From a virus, in IMG/VR virus record IMGVR_UViG_3300010885_046411, positions 8,232-72,231 of that record: a stretch of DNA of 64,000 bases; one strand, 5' to 3'. Position 1 is the first letter of the stretch. Each line of letters begins with the position of its first letter. Of this stretch, positions 38,310-45,911 are shown piece by piece. The translations under genes and the position numbers were made by a program. The notes below the pieces were generated by a model. That model was not told where the DNA came from. It saw only the letters and a program-made list of their open reading frames with translations, and searched no databases.

Positions 38310-39050
38310 ATGAACCCTCCTTCAAGAAGCGGCCAAGGTTACCCAAGCGATTTTGGGCGATGGGCCGATGATAATTTTGCTAATTATGGCAGAAATATGA
38401 TTGGGCCACGAGTAGATGAGGTGGATGGGCAGCCCTATGACATGGGCTACGCTGTTGCTCCTGCGCAAAAAACTGCGGCTCCTGCTGCCGCGCCAGCAGC
38501 CGCATCTGGTGGCGGTGGCGGTGGTGGCCCTATGGGGGCTATAGTCGGCCTTGGGCAGGTCGCGTTTGGCATACACCAATTACACCTAGCCAACAAGATA
38601 CGCAGGCGTGGGCCGCAAGACCTGACTCCGCAAGCCGTGAGGGATGTGTATGCCGAGCGTGCCGCAGCGCAAGTAAGCAATAAGGCACCTGGCCAAGCCG
38701 AAGCGGAGAATAGGCTTGCAAGCACATTGGGCCGCAGCGTGGGAGCATTGGCGCGTGGGGCTACCTCTGGCGCACAGTTGCTATCTATGGCAAATAATCA
38801 GGCAAACAATGCCTACAACCAACAAGCCAATATAAATACTGCCGCATCGCAATTCCGTCAGAATATGACGCAGCAGAAACAACTTGCCCAAGCGCAACTA
38901 GGCCAATACCAAGACCTATCACGTAGGACATGGGCAAACGAAGTTGGGGCTTTACGTGGCGGCGGCTGGAAAAACATCTTCGGCGGCGCAACTACTACGG
39001 CGGCCTCTGCGGATGGTGCCATAAAAGATGTGGCAAAGTTGATAATGTAA
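38310..39050 (+). CDS. internal virion/cargo protein
   Basis: Gly/Ala/Gln-rich helical protein next to the muzzle gene. Confidence 0.6.
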   Translation: MNPPSRSGQGYPSDFGRWADDNFANYGRNMIGPRVDEVDGQPYDMGYAVAPAQKTAAPAAAPAAASGGGGGGGPMGAIVGLGQVAFGIHQLHLANKIRRRGPQDLTPQAVRDVYAERAAAQVSNKAPGQAEAENRLASTLGRSVGALARGATSGAQLLSMANNQANNAYNQQANINTAASQFRQNMTQQKQLAQAQLGQYQDLSRRTWANEVGALRGGGWKNIFGGATTTAASADGAIKDVAKLIM

Positions 39051-39078
39051 AACCATTGCAAGGTGTACCTTTGCAGGG

Positions 39079-39903
39079 ATGAGTGTAACGTACATACATA
39101 GCGGCGACATGGGCGATATTATATACGCCCTCGCCGCCATAAAAGAAAAGCATCTTAATCAAAGTGGCAAGCCCGTCTTGGTGCTTAATTATTTGAACGC
39201 TTATAAGATAGAGCCGAAGCCCCGCTTTTCAGAGAATGAGTTTAATGTGCTTGTGCCCCTGCTACACTATGCCGCAAGCGATTACTGCAAGATAAGTTTT
39301 GAGCCGTTTGACCCGCAGAAGAAGTATTACAAGCCCACTATTTTAGATAGGTTTCGCATAGGCAACGACCTTTCCAACGTATCTATTTTAGAGAACCATA
39401 GAAAGATTATGGGGCTAACGGGGGAGCCAACCGTGCAAACATGGCTACGGGGGCGGGATGAAAAGAAAACGGCGTTTGGATTTGGGCAGACAGCGCGGTA
39501 TGGTAATGATGGGGTGCGTATAGGTATGGTAGATACAGCCCTAGCCATAGCAAAAGAGAAGGGCTATGCGTGTCTATTCTTTGGTACAGAACGTGAATAT
39601 CGGCTTGCCTATCGCAAGCAAGATATGGAGTTTGTCTATACCAAAGACCTGATGGAAGCGGCACGGGAACTAGGCCATGTGGAGGCGTTCTTTGGGAATC
39701 AGTCGGTACTAGCGGCGATGTGCATGGGGCTAGGGATAAAAACGTTTTTAGAGGTGTGCCTACGGTGCCCAAACTGTTCTCTTACACACTTGCCACACTT
39801 AACCCCGCTAACCAAGATGGCAGATTGTGAGGTGATGATACAAAATAAATTATTAAATGTTCAGAATACCTTACATGATATTTGTGAGACCAACTTGGTT
39901 TAG
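39079..39903 (+). CDS. GT-B (GT9/heptosyltransferase-like) glycosyltransferase
   Basis: HSGDMGDII N-terminal motif and LMEAA...FFGNQS...GLG C-terminal motif. Confidence 0.7.
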   Translation: MSVTYIHSGDMGDIIYALAAIKEKHLNQSGKPVLVLNYLNAYKIEPKPRFSENEFNVLVPLLHYAASDYCKISFEPFDPQKKYYKPTILDRFRIGNDLSNVSILENHRKIMGLTGEPTVQTWLRGRDEKKTAFGFGQTARYGNDGVRIGMVDTALAIAKEKGYACLFFGTEREYRLAYRKQDMEFVYTKDLMEAARELGHVEAFFGNQSVLAAMCMGLGIKTFLEVCLRCPNCSLTHLPHLTPLTKMADCEVMIQNKLLNVQNTLHDICETNLV

Positions 39904-39934
39904 TTCATCTTTGTAGCAACCAATTCAAACAACC

Positions 39935-40462
39935 GTGAACTTATACGAAATCACCCAAGAGTACAGCCAGATAGCCGAAACCTTAGAGGCGGCAGAAGGC
40001 GAGATAACCCCCGAAATTGCTGCCCTTTTAGAGATAAACGAGGCCAACAAGGAGAAGAAAATATCTGCCTACATCCACATTTGGTCAGACGTGCAGATGA
40101 AGTTAGAGGCTATTGACAAAGAGAACAAGCGTCTAGCCGACATCAAGAAACGCCTCAACAAGCAGGCCGAGCAACTAGAGACGGGCTTGCTACTTGCCAC
40201 ACAAACCTTTGGTGCGCCCAATAAGTCTGGCAACAAAGTGTATGACTTCACTACGACAAATGGCGTACCCGTGAAGTTTATGGAGCGCAGGTCGGAGAGT
40301 GTGGTTATCACTACCGAGGACTTGGGTACGCTGCCAGAGCAGTACGTGAAAACAAAGACCGAGCAGTCCGTAGATAAGGCTGCCATCAAAGAAGCCATCA
40401 AATCAGGCGAGACCATTGACGGAGCCTACATAGCCACCAACATTTCCCTTTCTATCAAGTAG
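39935..40462 (+). CDS. Siphovirus Gp157-family protein
   Basis: MNLYEI...coiled coil...RRSESV...VDKAAIKEAIKSGETIDGA. Confidence 0.85.
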   Translation: MNLYEITQEYSQIAETLEAAEGEITPEIAALLEINEANKEKKISAYIHIWSDVQMKLEAIDKENKRLADIKKRLNKQAEQLETGLLLATQTFGAPNKSGNKVYDFTTTNGVPVKFMERRSESVVITTEDLGTLPEQYVKTKTEQSVDKAAIKEAIKSGETIDGAYIATNISLSIK

Positions 40463-40463
40463 T

Positions 40464-41459
40464 ATGGCTGACAAAAAGCAGATAAAAATAGTCTATTACT
40501 CCCCTACGGGGGCGGGTTCTGCCCAATCTTTCTACCGAGGCATCCCACAGCTATCCCTGTTTGGCAGGGTAACTATTATAGAAGGCGATAGACCCTCTTG
40601 GGAGCATTTCTGCGGCGAAGATGTCTTGTACATCCAGTCGCCCACAGACTCCCTTAGCTTGGCCTATATAGACTATGCCCAACACTTCGGATTGAAGGTA
40701 TGGCTAGACATAGACGACAACCATTGGGTAGGCAGGCATGATGCCTCTAGCCGTTTGCTGGAGGTTATGCCCACCTTCAAGGATAACGCCACCAAGGCCA
40801 TAGAAATGCTGCGCCCGAATATAGATGCGCTTACCGTATCTAACAAAAACATCTTGCCATACCTAAACATTGGCAAGGTGCGCCATGAGGTTGTAGATGC
40901 GTGGCTGCCACAGCAAGTATTATCCTCTTTGGGGGCGGGTACATTGCCCAAGGAACCAAAGTCTATACTTGTGCGTGGCCATGTATCTGACAGCGAGAAA
41001 GCAGCCCTTATAGAGGTCTATAAGATGTTTGACAATGTTACATGGATATTTGTCGGGTGTGAGCCAGCCCCTTCGGGCTTTGGCTTCGCCTCTGACCATT
41101 CACGGGGCGTAACAGTCTATTCACGGGCATGGGAGCCTGACCTTATGGACTACTTCAAAATCCTTAGAGAAGACAGTGGGCATGTGTGCTTGAAACTACT
41201 TGCCGACACGCCCTTCAATCAGTGTCGCTCTAATACCCACATGCTAGAATCCGCCCTTTTCGGGCGGGTATCTGTTGGGCCTAACTATTCCCGTTCACAA
41301 ACCGAGTATCGGTTTGATAATGGGCAAATCATCCCCACGTCTCTGTTTAATGCCATATCCAATGGACTAGAGAGTGTTCCATTACACCATGACCTTATAA
41401 GCATGTTCCGCCTAGACCAGCAATCCAAGTTCTCCACAATCGTTTCTTACCTTTCTTAG
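40464..41459 (+). CDS. GT-B fold glycosyltransferase-like protein
   Basis: FYR..P, WLDIDDN, LTVS, LADTPFNQCRSN...LE motifs. Confidence 0.65.
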   Translation: MADKKQIKIVYYSPTGAGSAQSFYRGIPQLSLFGRVTIIEGDRPSWEHFCGEDVLYIQSPTDSLSLAYIDYAQHFGLKVWLDIDDNHWVGRHDASSRLLEVMPTFKDNATKAIEMLRPNIDALTVSNKNILPYLNIGKVRHEVVDAWLPQQVLSSLGAGTLPKEPKSILVRGHVSDSEKAALIEVYKMFDNVTWIFVGCEPAPSGFGFASDHSRGVTVYSRAWEPDLMDYFKILREDSGHVCLKLLADTPFNQCRSNTHMLESALFGRVSVGPNYSRSQTEYRFDNGQIIPTSLFNAISNGLESVPLHHDLISMFRLDQQSKFSTIVSYLS

Positions 41460-41467
41460 CCCCAACT

Positions 41468-42670
41468 ATGTTTACAATCTCCGCAGCCAAACTTGCCAAG
41501 GCATTATCAACGGCAAAGCGTTTTGTACCCTCTAACGCCATCCTCCCCATCCTAGAGAATTTTCGGCTTACTGCCGATGCAAAGTCTAGCAAGTTGCAGA
41601 TACGTGCCGCCGACATGGGGGCCAGCCTATACCTATATGTGCCCTGCGCCGTTGGGGCTGATATGGATGTGTGCATCCCTGCCAATAGGCTATCTGGTCT
41701 TATAGACTTGCTTGCCAAAGAGAACACCAACCAAAACATAGTCATAAAAGCCGATGGCCCATTTGGGGTGCATGTATTGTATGACCGCAATGGCAAGACA
41801 GCCATTGCAGGCCAAGACCCAAAAGACTGGCCCACACAAAACCAAGAGAACCCTATCTCCTCGCTCACCGTAGAGGCAGAGCTTTTTGCAAATACACTAA
41901 GCAATGCCCTTGTTTTCTGCGACCCACATAATCAACTTAGGCCGTTCTTTGAGTGCGTTACCCTATTCTCTGATGGCGATGATTTCTTTGTTGCCTCGGC
42001 AACCTCTGCCACCCTATACAGAGATAAGTTCCAAGGTATAGAGGGTATGGAAGGTGTGTTCCGCACGTATGTACCCGACTATTGTGTTAAGCGTATGCTT
42101 GACGTATTGCGCTTGGGGCAAGAGGGGGATTTTTATAAGTTGTTCCTATATAGCAATGGCATATCCCTAGTGCGCTTTGACAAAGATGGCAATACACTTG
42201 CCAGTGTGGCTGCCCGTATCAACACAGAGACCATTGGCGAAGATGATAAGCCATTCTATGCGCCACACATTTCTGCTGGAAGGACAGAGGCATTTACATT
42301 CTCCCTGCCAGAGACTTCGTTTATTGTGCAGCGTTGCAATATGATGTCTCCCAACTACGGGGTAGAGGCCGATGCCAACATAACCCATATAGCTCCCAAG
42401 GGCAAAAAGGTTACTCTATATGCTAGTGATTCGGCCTCCAATAACTCTATCTATGAGGAGATGGAAGGGGGGCAGGCATTGCATAAGTTTGCCGAGGTAA
42501 GTCTATCGGGGGCATTGCTTACCAAGTCGTTGTCTGTATTTGACAATGTGCCATTGACGGCTAGCCTAGTAGATTTTGGGCCTAACAGACCGCCTATGAT
42601 TTCCATAGCCCCCGAAAGCGGGTTCCCGTCTATATACATTGCGCAAGTAATGCCACCCCCTGCGGCGTAG
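41468..42670 (+). CDS. dnaN: DNA polymerase III beta sliding clamp-like protein
   Basis: 400 aa; N-terminal LPILENF, AADM, DWP, LRPFFECV, VASATS match the beta-clamp pattern; divergent. Confidence 0.7.
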   Translation: MFTISAAKLAKALSTAKRFVPSNAILPILENFRLTADAKSSKLQIRAADMGASLYLYVPCAVGADMDVCIPANRLSGLIDLLAKENTNQNIVIKADGPFGVHVLYDRNGKTAIAGQDPKDWPTQNQENPISSLTVEAELFANTLSNALVFCDPHNQLRPFFECVTLFSDGDDFFVASATSATLYRDKFQGIEGMEGVFRTYVPDYCVKRMLDVLRLGQEGDFYKLFLYSNGISLVRFDKDGNTLASVAARINTETIGEDDKPFYAPHISAGRTEAFTFSLPETSFIVQRCNMMSPNYGVEADANITHIAPKGKKVTLYASDSASNNSIYEEMEGGQALHKFAEVSLSGALLTKSLSVFDNVPLTASLVDFGPNRPPMISIAPESGFPSIYIAQVMPPPAA

Positions 42671-42673
42671 TCA

Positions 42674-42964
42674 ATGACCCCCAGAGAGCAACTACTTAGC
42701 CGCCCCGCCTACCATGAGCAGGACTGGCAACTTCTTTTGTATGATGCTGCTAGTAAATTCATGGAGCAGGAGGGGCTATCTGCCGAAGAACTACGCTAGA
42801 GGCTTGGCTTATCAAAACGAGCTATGCGTATGTTGCTCAATGGGGAATCTGACCTCAAGATGTCTAAGATGATTGAAATAATCTTAGCGATGGGCAAATT
42901 CCCGATACTCAAACTTATTCCCAAAGACGTTAAACTTTTTGACAACCATGACCTACAACCCTAA
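42674..42964 (+). pseudogene. XRE-family HTH regulator interrupted by one in-frame TAG (42797-42799)
   Basis: MTPREQLLSRPAY...FMEQEGLSAEELR*RLGLSKRAMRMLLNGESDLKMSKMIEIILAMGK; frame intact on both sides of the stop. Confidence 0.75.
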
Positions 42965-43331
42965 ACACTACCCCTCCCTCGCCACATGCAAAGCCTTGAA
43001 AGATGCTGGTATTGGCGTGGATGAGAACGGCAAGATATTGACGAAGGCTTGTTGGGCTGGAGATAAAATTTGGGATTCAGGGCTTGTAAAAAACAACCGT
43101 GTTAGCTTTAACGTAAATACATTAGATGGGTTTGAAAGCTACCCATGCCCCGACTTGCACGAGATAGTTGTAATGACAGAAGACGGTAAAACGTCTATAT
43201 TCTTGCCAGCTTCCAAGTCAATAATAGACTTAGACTTGATGGCTGGGGCAATAGCATTTACGGTTCGAAACGGTCTTGATACCGCCGCTATATTCAACTC
43301 CCGCCTAATCGCCCACAACACAATACCATAA
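42948..43331 (+). CDS. hypothetical protein
   Basis: ATG at 42948; SLATCKALKDAG motif common in Bacteroidota phages. Confidence 0.65.
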   Translation: MTYNPKHYPSLATCKALKDAGIGVDENGKILTKACWAGDKIWDSGLVKNNRVSFNVNTLDGFESYPCPDLHEIVVMTEDGKTSIFLPASKSIIDLDLMAGAIAFTVRNGLDTAAIFNSRLIAHNTIP

Positions 43332-43334
43332 AAG

Positions 43335-43361
43335 AAAAGGAGGGCATAACCCTCCTTTTTT
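43335..43361. terminator. bidirectional intrinsic terminator
   Basis: AAAAGGAGGG-cataa-CCCTCCTTTT between convergent genes. Confidence 0.85.
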
Positions 43362-43386
43362 CATAAGCCAATATGTGTGTGTGGCA

Positions 43387-43668
43387 CTACGATACAGTAG
43401 TAACGCCTGTGCCGCCTAAAGCGGTGCCTATGCCCGTAAGCAAGTTGGCAACAGTGTTTTCAATCTCTACACGCTGAGAGCGGGTGCCACCAGGAGGGGC
43501 ATAATAGAAGAACGCACCAGGCAGTGCAGTAGAAGCACCAGGCCGTGTGCCAACACCTTTGTCAAGCAAGATGTTCTCGGCAATGTAGTAGCCAAAGGCG
43601 GTAGGGGCACCAGCAACGGTCTTGTACTGATAGCCTGTTTTAGATACTTTAACTTTAATTCCAGCCAT
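43387..43668 (-). CDS. small Gly/Thr-rich protein, possibly structural
   Basis: 93 aa; own -7 element (43694-43701) and terminator. Confidence 0.65.
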   Translation of the reverse strand: MAGIKVKVSKTGYQYKTVAGAPTAFGYYIAENILLDKGVGTRPGASTALPGAFFYYAPPGGTRSQRVEIENTVANLLTGIGTALGGTGVTTVS

Positions 43669-43759
43669 GTGATTTTTGGGTTAGGGTTCAAGACAAAAGT
43701 ACCTTAGCCCCGAAGCCTACACCCATATTTGTGTGCTAGATATTTAAGCAACAAATATT

Positions 43760-44500
43760 TTACTTGCGCACTATGTCTGAATATCCATGCACACCCTCTA
43801 GCACCCCATCCTGATAAAATGATGGCACCGCTACTAGGTTATCATATCCACCGAACAGAGGCACCTTATATGACCACCGTAAGCCTCTCTGCTGTTTGCG
43901 GGGTAATACAATGCAATCGCCCTTGCGCATAGCCAGCCCCTTTACAGGCTGCCCCTCAAACACTACCTTACCCACCCCCGTAAGGGGGAACGCTTGCGCA
44001 TGTATGCCCGATGGTCGTTTTGTCCAATAGGTATTAGGCACTAGCCCCTCTGATACATTATCCTCTGTAAAAACAGGCTCTAATAGATTCCAGCCGCCAT
44101 ACACGTTAAACTGCCCATCGCGCACGTACCCATAAATCTGTGTGTGCGCCATAAGGAACAACTCCTCGTACCCTGGGATGCGCTTATCACTGCGGGAACC
44201 AGTAAACATGAAATAGACTGTATCGCCTGCACGTAGTTCAGGCATGGGCATATCGGATAGATAGATGTCTTTCTGTTCCCATATAGTGAATACGCTGTCG
44301 GGGCTAGTGGACTTAGAGGGGGGCATACAAGGGGGGCATACAACCGTGCCCTTATACTGCTTGTCTTTGGTGAGGGTGCTACCCTCTACATACAGCCGAA
44401 ACCCGCTAGGGGTCTCCATGTAGGAGATGTGTTCATTGTCTAGTTTTACGATTACCATTCCTGGCCCCGCTAGTTTACCCTCAAAATATTTGGCATCCAT
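43760..44500 (-). CDS. GroES-like co-chaperonin (tandem domains)
   Basis: TPSGFRLY...GTVV..P...LRAGDTVYF and a second RPSGI...GKVV...KGDCIV unit; TAAATTTG-tggc-ATG. Confidence 0.65.
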   Translation of the reverse strand: MDAKYFEGKLAGPGMVIVKLDNEHISYMETPSGFRLYVEGSTLTKDKQYKGTVVCPPCMPPSKSTSPDSVFTIWEQKDIYLSDMPMPELRAGDTVYFMFTGSRSDKRIPGYEELFLMAHTQIYGYVRDGQFNVYGGWNLLEPVFTEDNVSEGLVPNTYWTKRPSGIHAQAFPLTGVGKVVFEGQPVKGLAMRKGDCIVLPRKQQRGLRWSYKVPLFGGYDNLVAVPSFYQDGVLEGVHGYSDIVRK

Positions 44501-44523
44501 GCCACAAATTTAACGCATCAAAA

Positions 44524-44991
44524 CTATTTCACAAGGGCACGTAGTATAAGCACACCCAAAGCCCCTGCGCCAGCATAGGCCCACCTATTACGCTTGGCGT
44601 TCTTGCGTTCATAGGCTACGTCTTTGGCCCATTCTATCTGCTCTAAGGTGCATACGCTATCGCGCCTATCCATTTCCCCTTGCATAAGGGCTATAAGGGT
44701 GTCTCTTGCGGCCTCGCCCTTAGCCACATCGTCTAGCAGTGGCTTACTCTTTATGGTAGCGTTATACCGAGATTGTACCTGCTTATACAAAGCAGGCGTA
44801 AAGCATATAAGGCTATCCTTAGTGAGTGTATTGGGCCGTAACGCTATCACTCTTTGCCCATAACTCCTCTGCGCTAGGCAAGGTGTCAGCAATAGTAACG
44901 CCAGCCCAAGGAGCCAAAACAACCTGCAATTTCTTAGAAGATATTGCAGTACGTGCAATAATGGTTTTGAGGGTGTCTGCTTGTTTCTCAT
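44524..44991 (-). CDS. spanin-like membrane protein (overlaps the upstream gene)
   Basis: signal/TM segment, coiled coil, C-terminal TM; start uncertain. Confidence 0.5.
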   Translation of the reverse strand: MRNKQTPSKPLLHVLQYLLRNCRLFWLLGLALLLLTPCLAQRSYGQRVIALRPNTLTKDSLICFTPALYKQVQSRYNATIKSKPLLDDVAKGEAARDTLIALMQGEMDRRDSVCTLEQIEWAKDVAYERKNAKRNRWAYAGAGALGVLILRALVK

Positions 44992-45169
44992 ATACTTTCT
45001 TGGCTTGCGTAGATTGAGCCTCTAATCTACGCACACTTTGCGGCGTAGGAGCAATGGTATCTTCTTTACTTGCTTTATCAAAGATAGATGCAGCTATCCA
45101 TACAACTAAAGCAAGTAGTGGGATTAGCGACAATACCCATGCGCGTGTGTTAGGGCTGAACTGGCTCAT
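44819..45169 (-). CDS. inner-membrane spanin-like protein
   Basis: N-terminal TM plus coiled coil, after holin and endolysin. Confidence 0.55.
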   Translation of the reverse strand: MSQFSPNTRAWVLSLIPLLALVVWIAASIFDKASKEDTIAPTPQSVRRLEAQSTQAKKVYEKQADTLKTIIARTAISSKKLQVVLAPWAGVTIADTLPSAEELWAKSDSVTAQYTH

Positions 45170-45392
45170 GGTCGTCATTGTTTTTCTTTTTGGCCGCGCC
45201 AAAGATTTTCATTAGGTTCAAGATGGCTATGGAGCCAAGAACCAAAACCGTAAGCCACCCTGCTAAATCCTTTGGGAAAAAGTTAGTAGGTATGCCATTG
45301 ATGATTGCTCCTAGCATAACGCTTATCGTAGATGCCATATTAAGAATTGGCAATGGAATATCAAAGTCGGTGTTGTGTGAGGATGCGTTCAT
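45150..45392 (-). CDS. holin-like protein
   Basis: two TM segments, charged C-terminus, immediately after the endolysin. Confidence 0.55.
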   Translation of the reverse strand: MNASSHNTDFDIPLPILNMASTISVMLGAIINGIPTNFFPKDLAGWLTVLVLGSIAILNLMKIFGAAKKKNNDDHEPVQP

Positions 45393-45393
45393 C

Positions 45394-45810
45394 TTAGTTC
45401 GTGTCGGTTACTTTAATGGTGATAGGCTCCTTGGCTTTGTAAGCCACTTCTAACTTAGCCATTAAGGCTTCTTCGGCAACACGAGAGTTTAATATAGCAG
45501 ATTGGTCGGGGGCTACATCCATACCCACTAAAACACACCCATGCGTGTCCTTATCGGTGTTGCCCCGATGTATTCTGATAGCGTCAAAGTTAGGCACATT
45601 CTCTAAAAGAGGAAGCAACCTACCAAAACGCTTAGACATTGTAAGCACCACATTATATGTGCCAGAGGGGATACACGTCCTCCCAAAAACCTTAGAACCA
45701 TCCCAACGTCTTTTATCCTCTAGGGTATGGCAGAAGAACACGCCATCAATAAGCAACCTGCCTAAAACCCTATCTTCGTGGTAATCGGTTCGTAAAACTT
45801 CCAGCTTCAT
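45394..45810 (-). CDS. endolysin candidate, DUF5675 (L,D-transpeptidase-like) family
   Basis: CHTLED...TCIPxGTY...IRIHxGNTxxDTHGCVLVG; start MKLEV at 45810. Confidence 0.85.
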   Translation of the reverse strand: MKLEVLRTDYHEDRVLGRLLIDGVFFCHTLEDKRRWDGSKVFGRTCIPSGTYNVVLTMSKRFGRLLPLLENVPNFDAIRIHRGNTDKDTHGCVLVGMDVAPDQSAILNSRVAEEALMAKLEVAYKAKEPITIKVTDTN

Positions 45811-45911
45811 AGCACCTAACTTAAACAATTTTGATAGTACAAAGATGGTGTGTACGTGCAAGGTGCTACACCTTAAACAAACCCGATACCTTTATTGAGT
45901 AAAATACCATT

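Noticed and set aside
23952-38991. Many antisense ORFs of 60-165 aa within structural genes
   Set aside because: Shadow frames of long coding sequences with no independent signals
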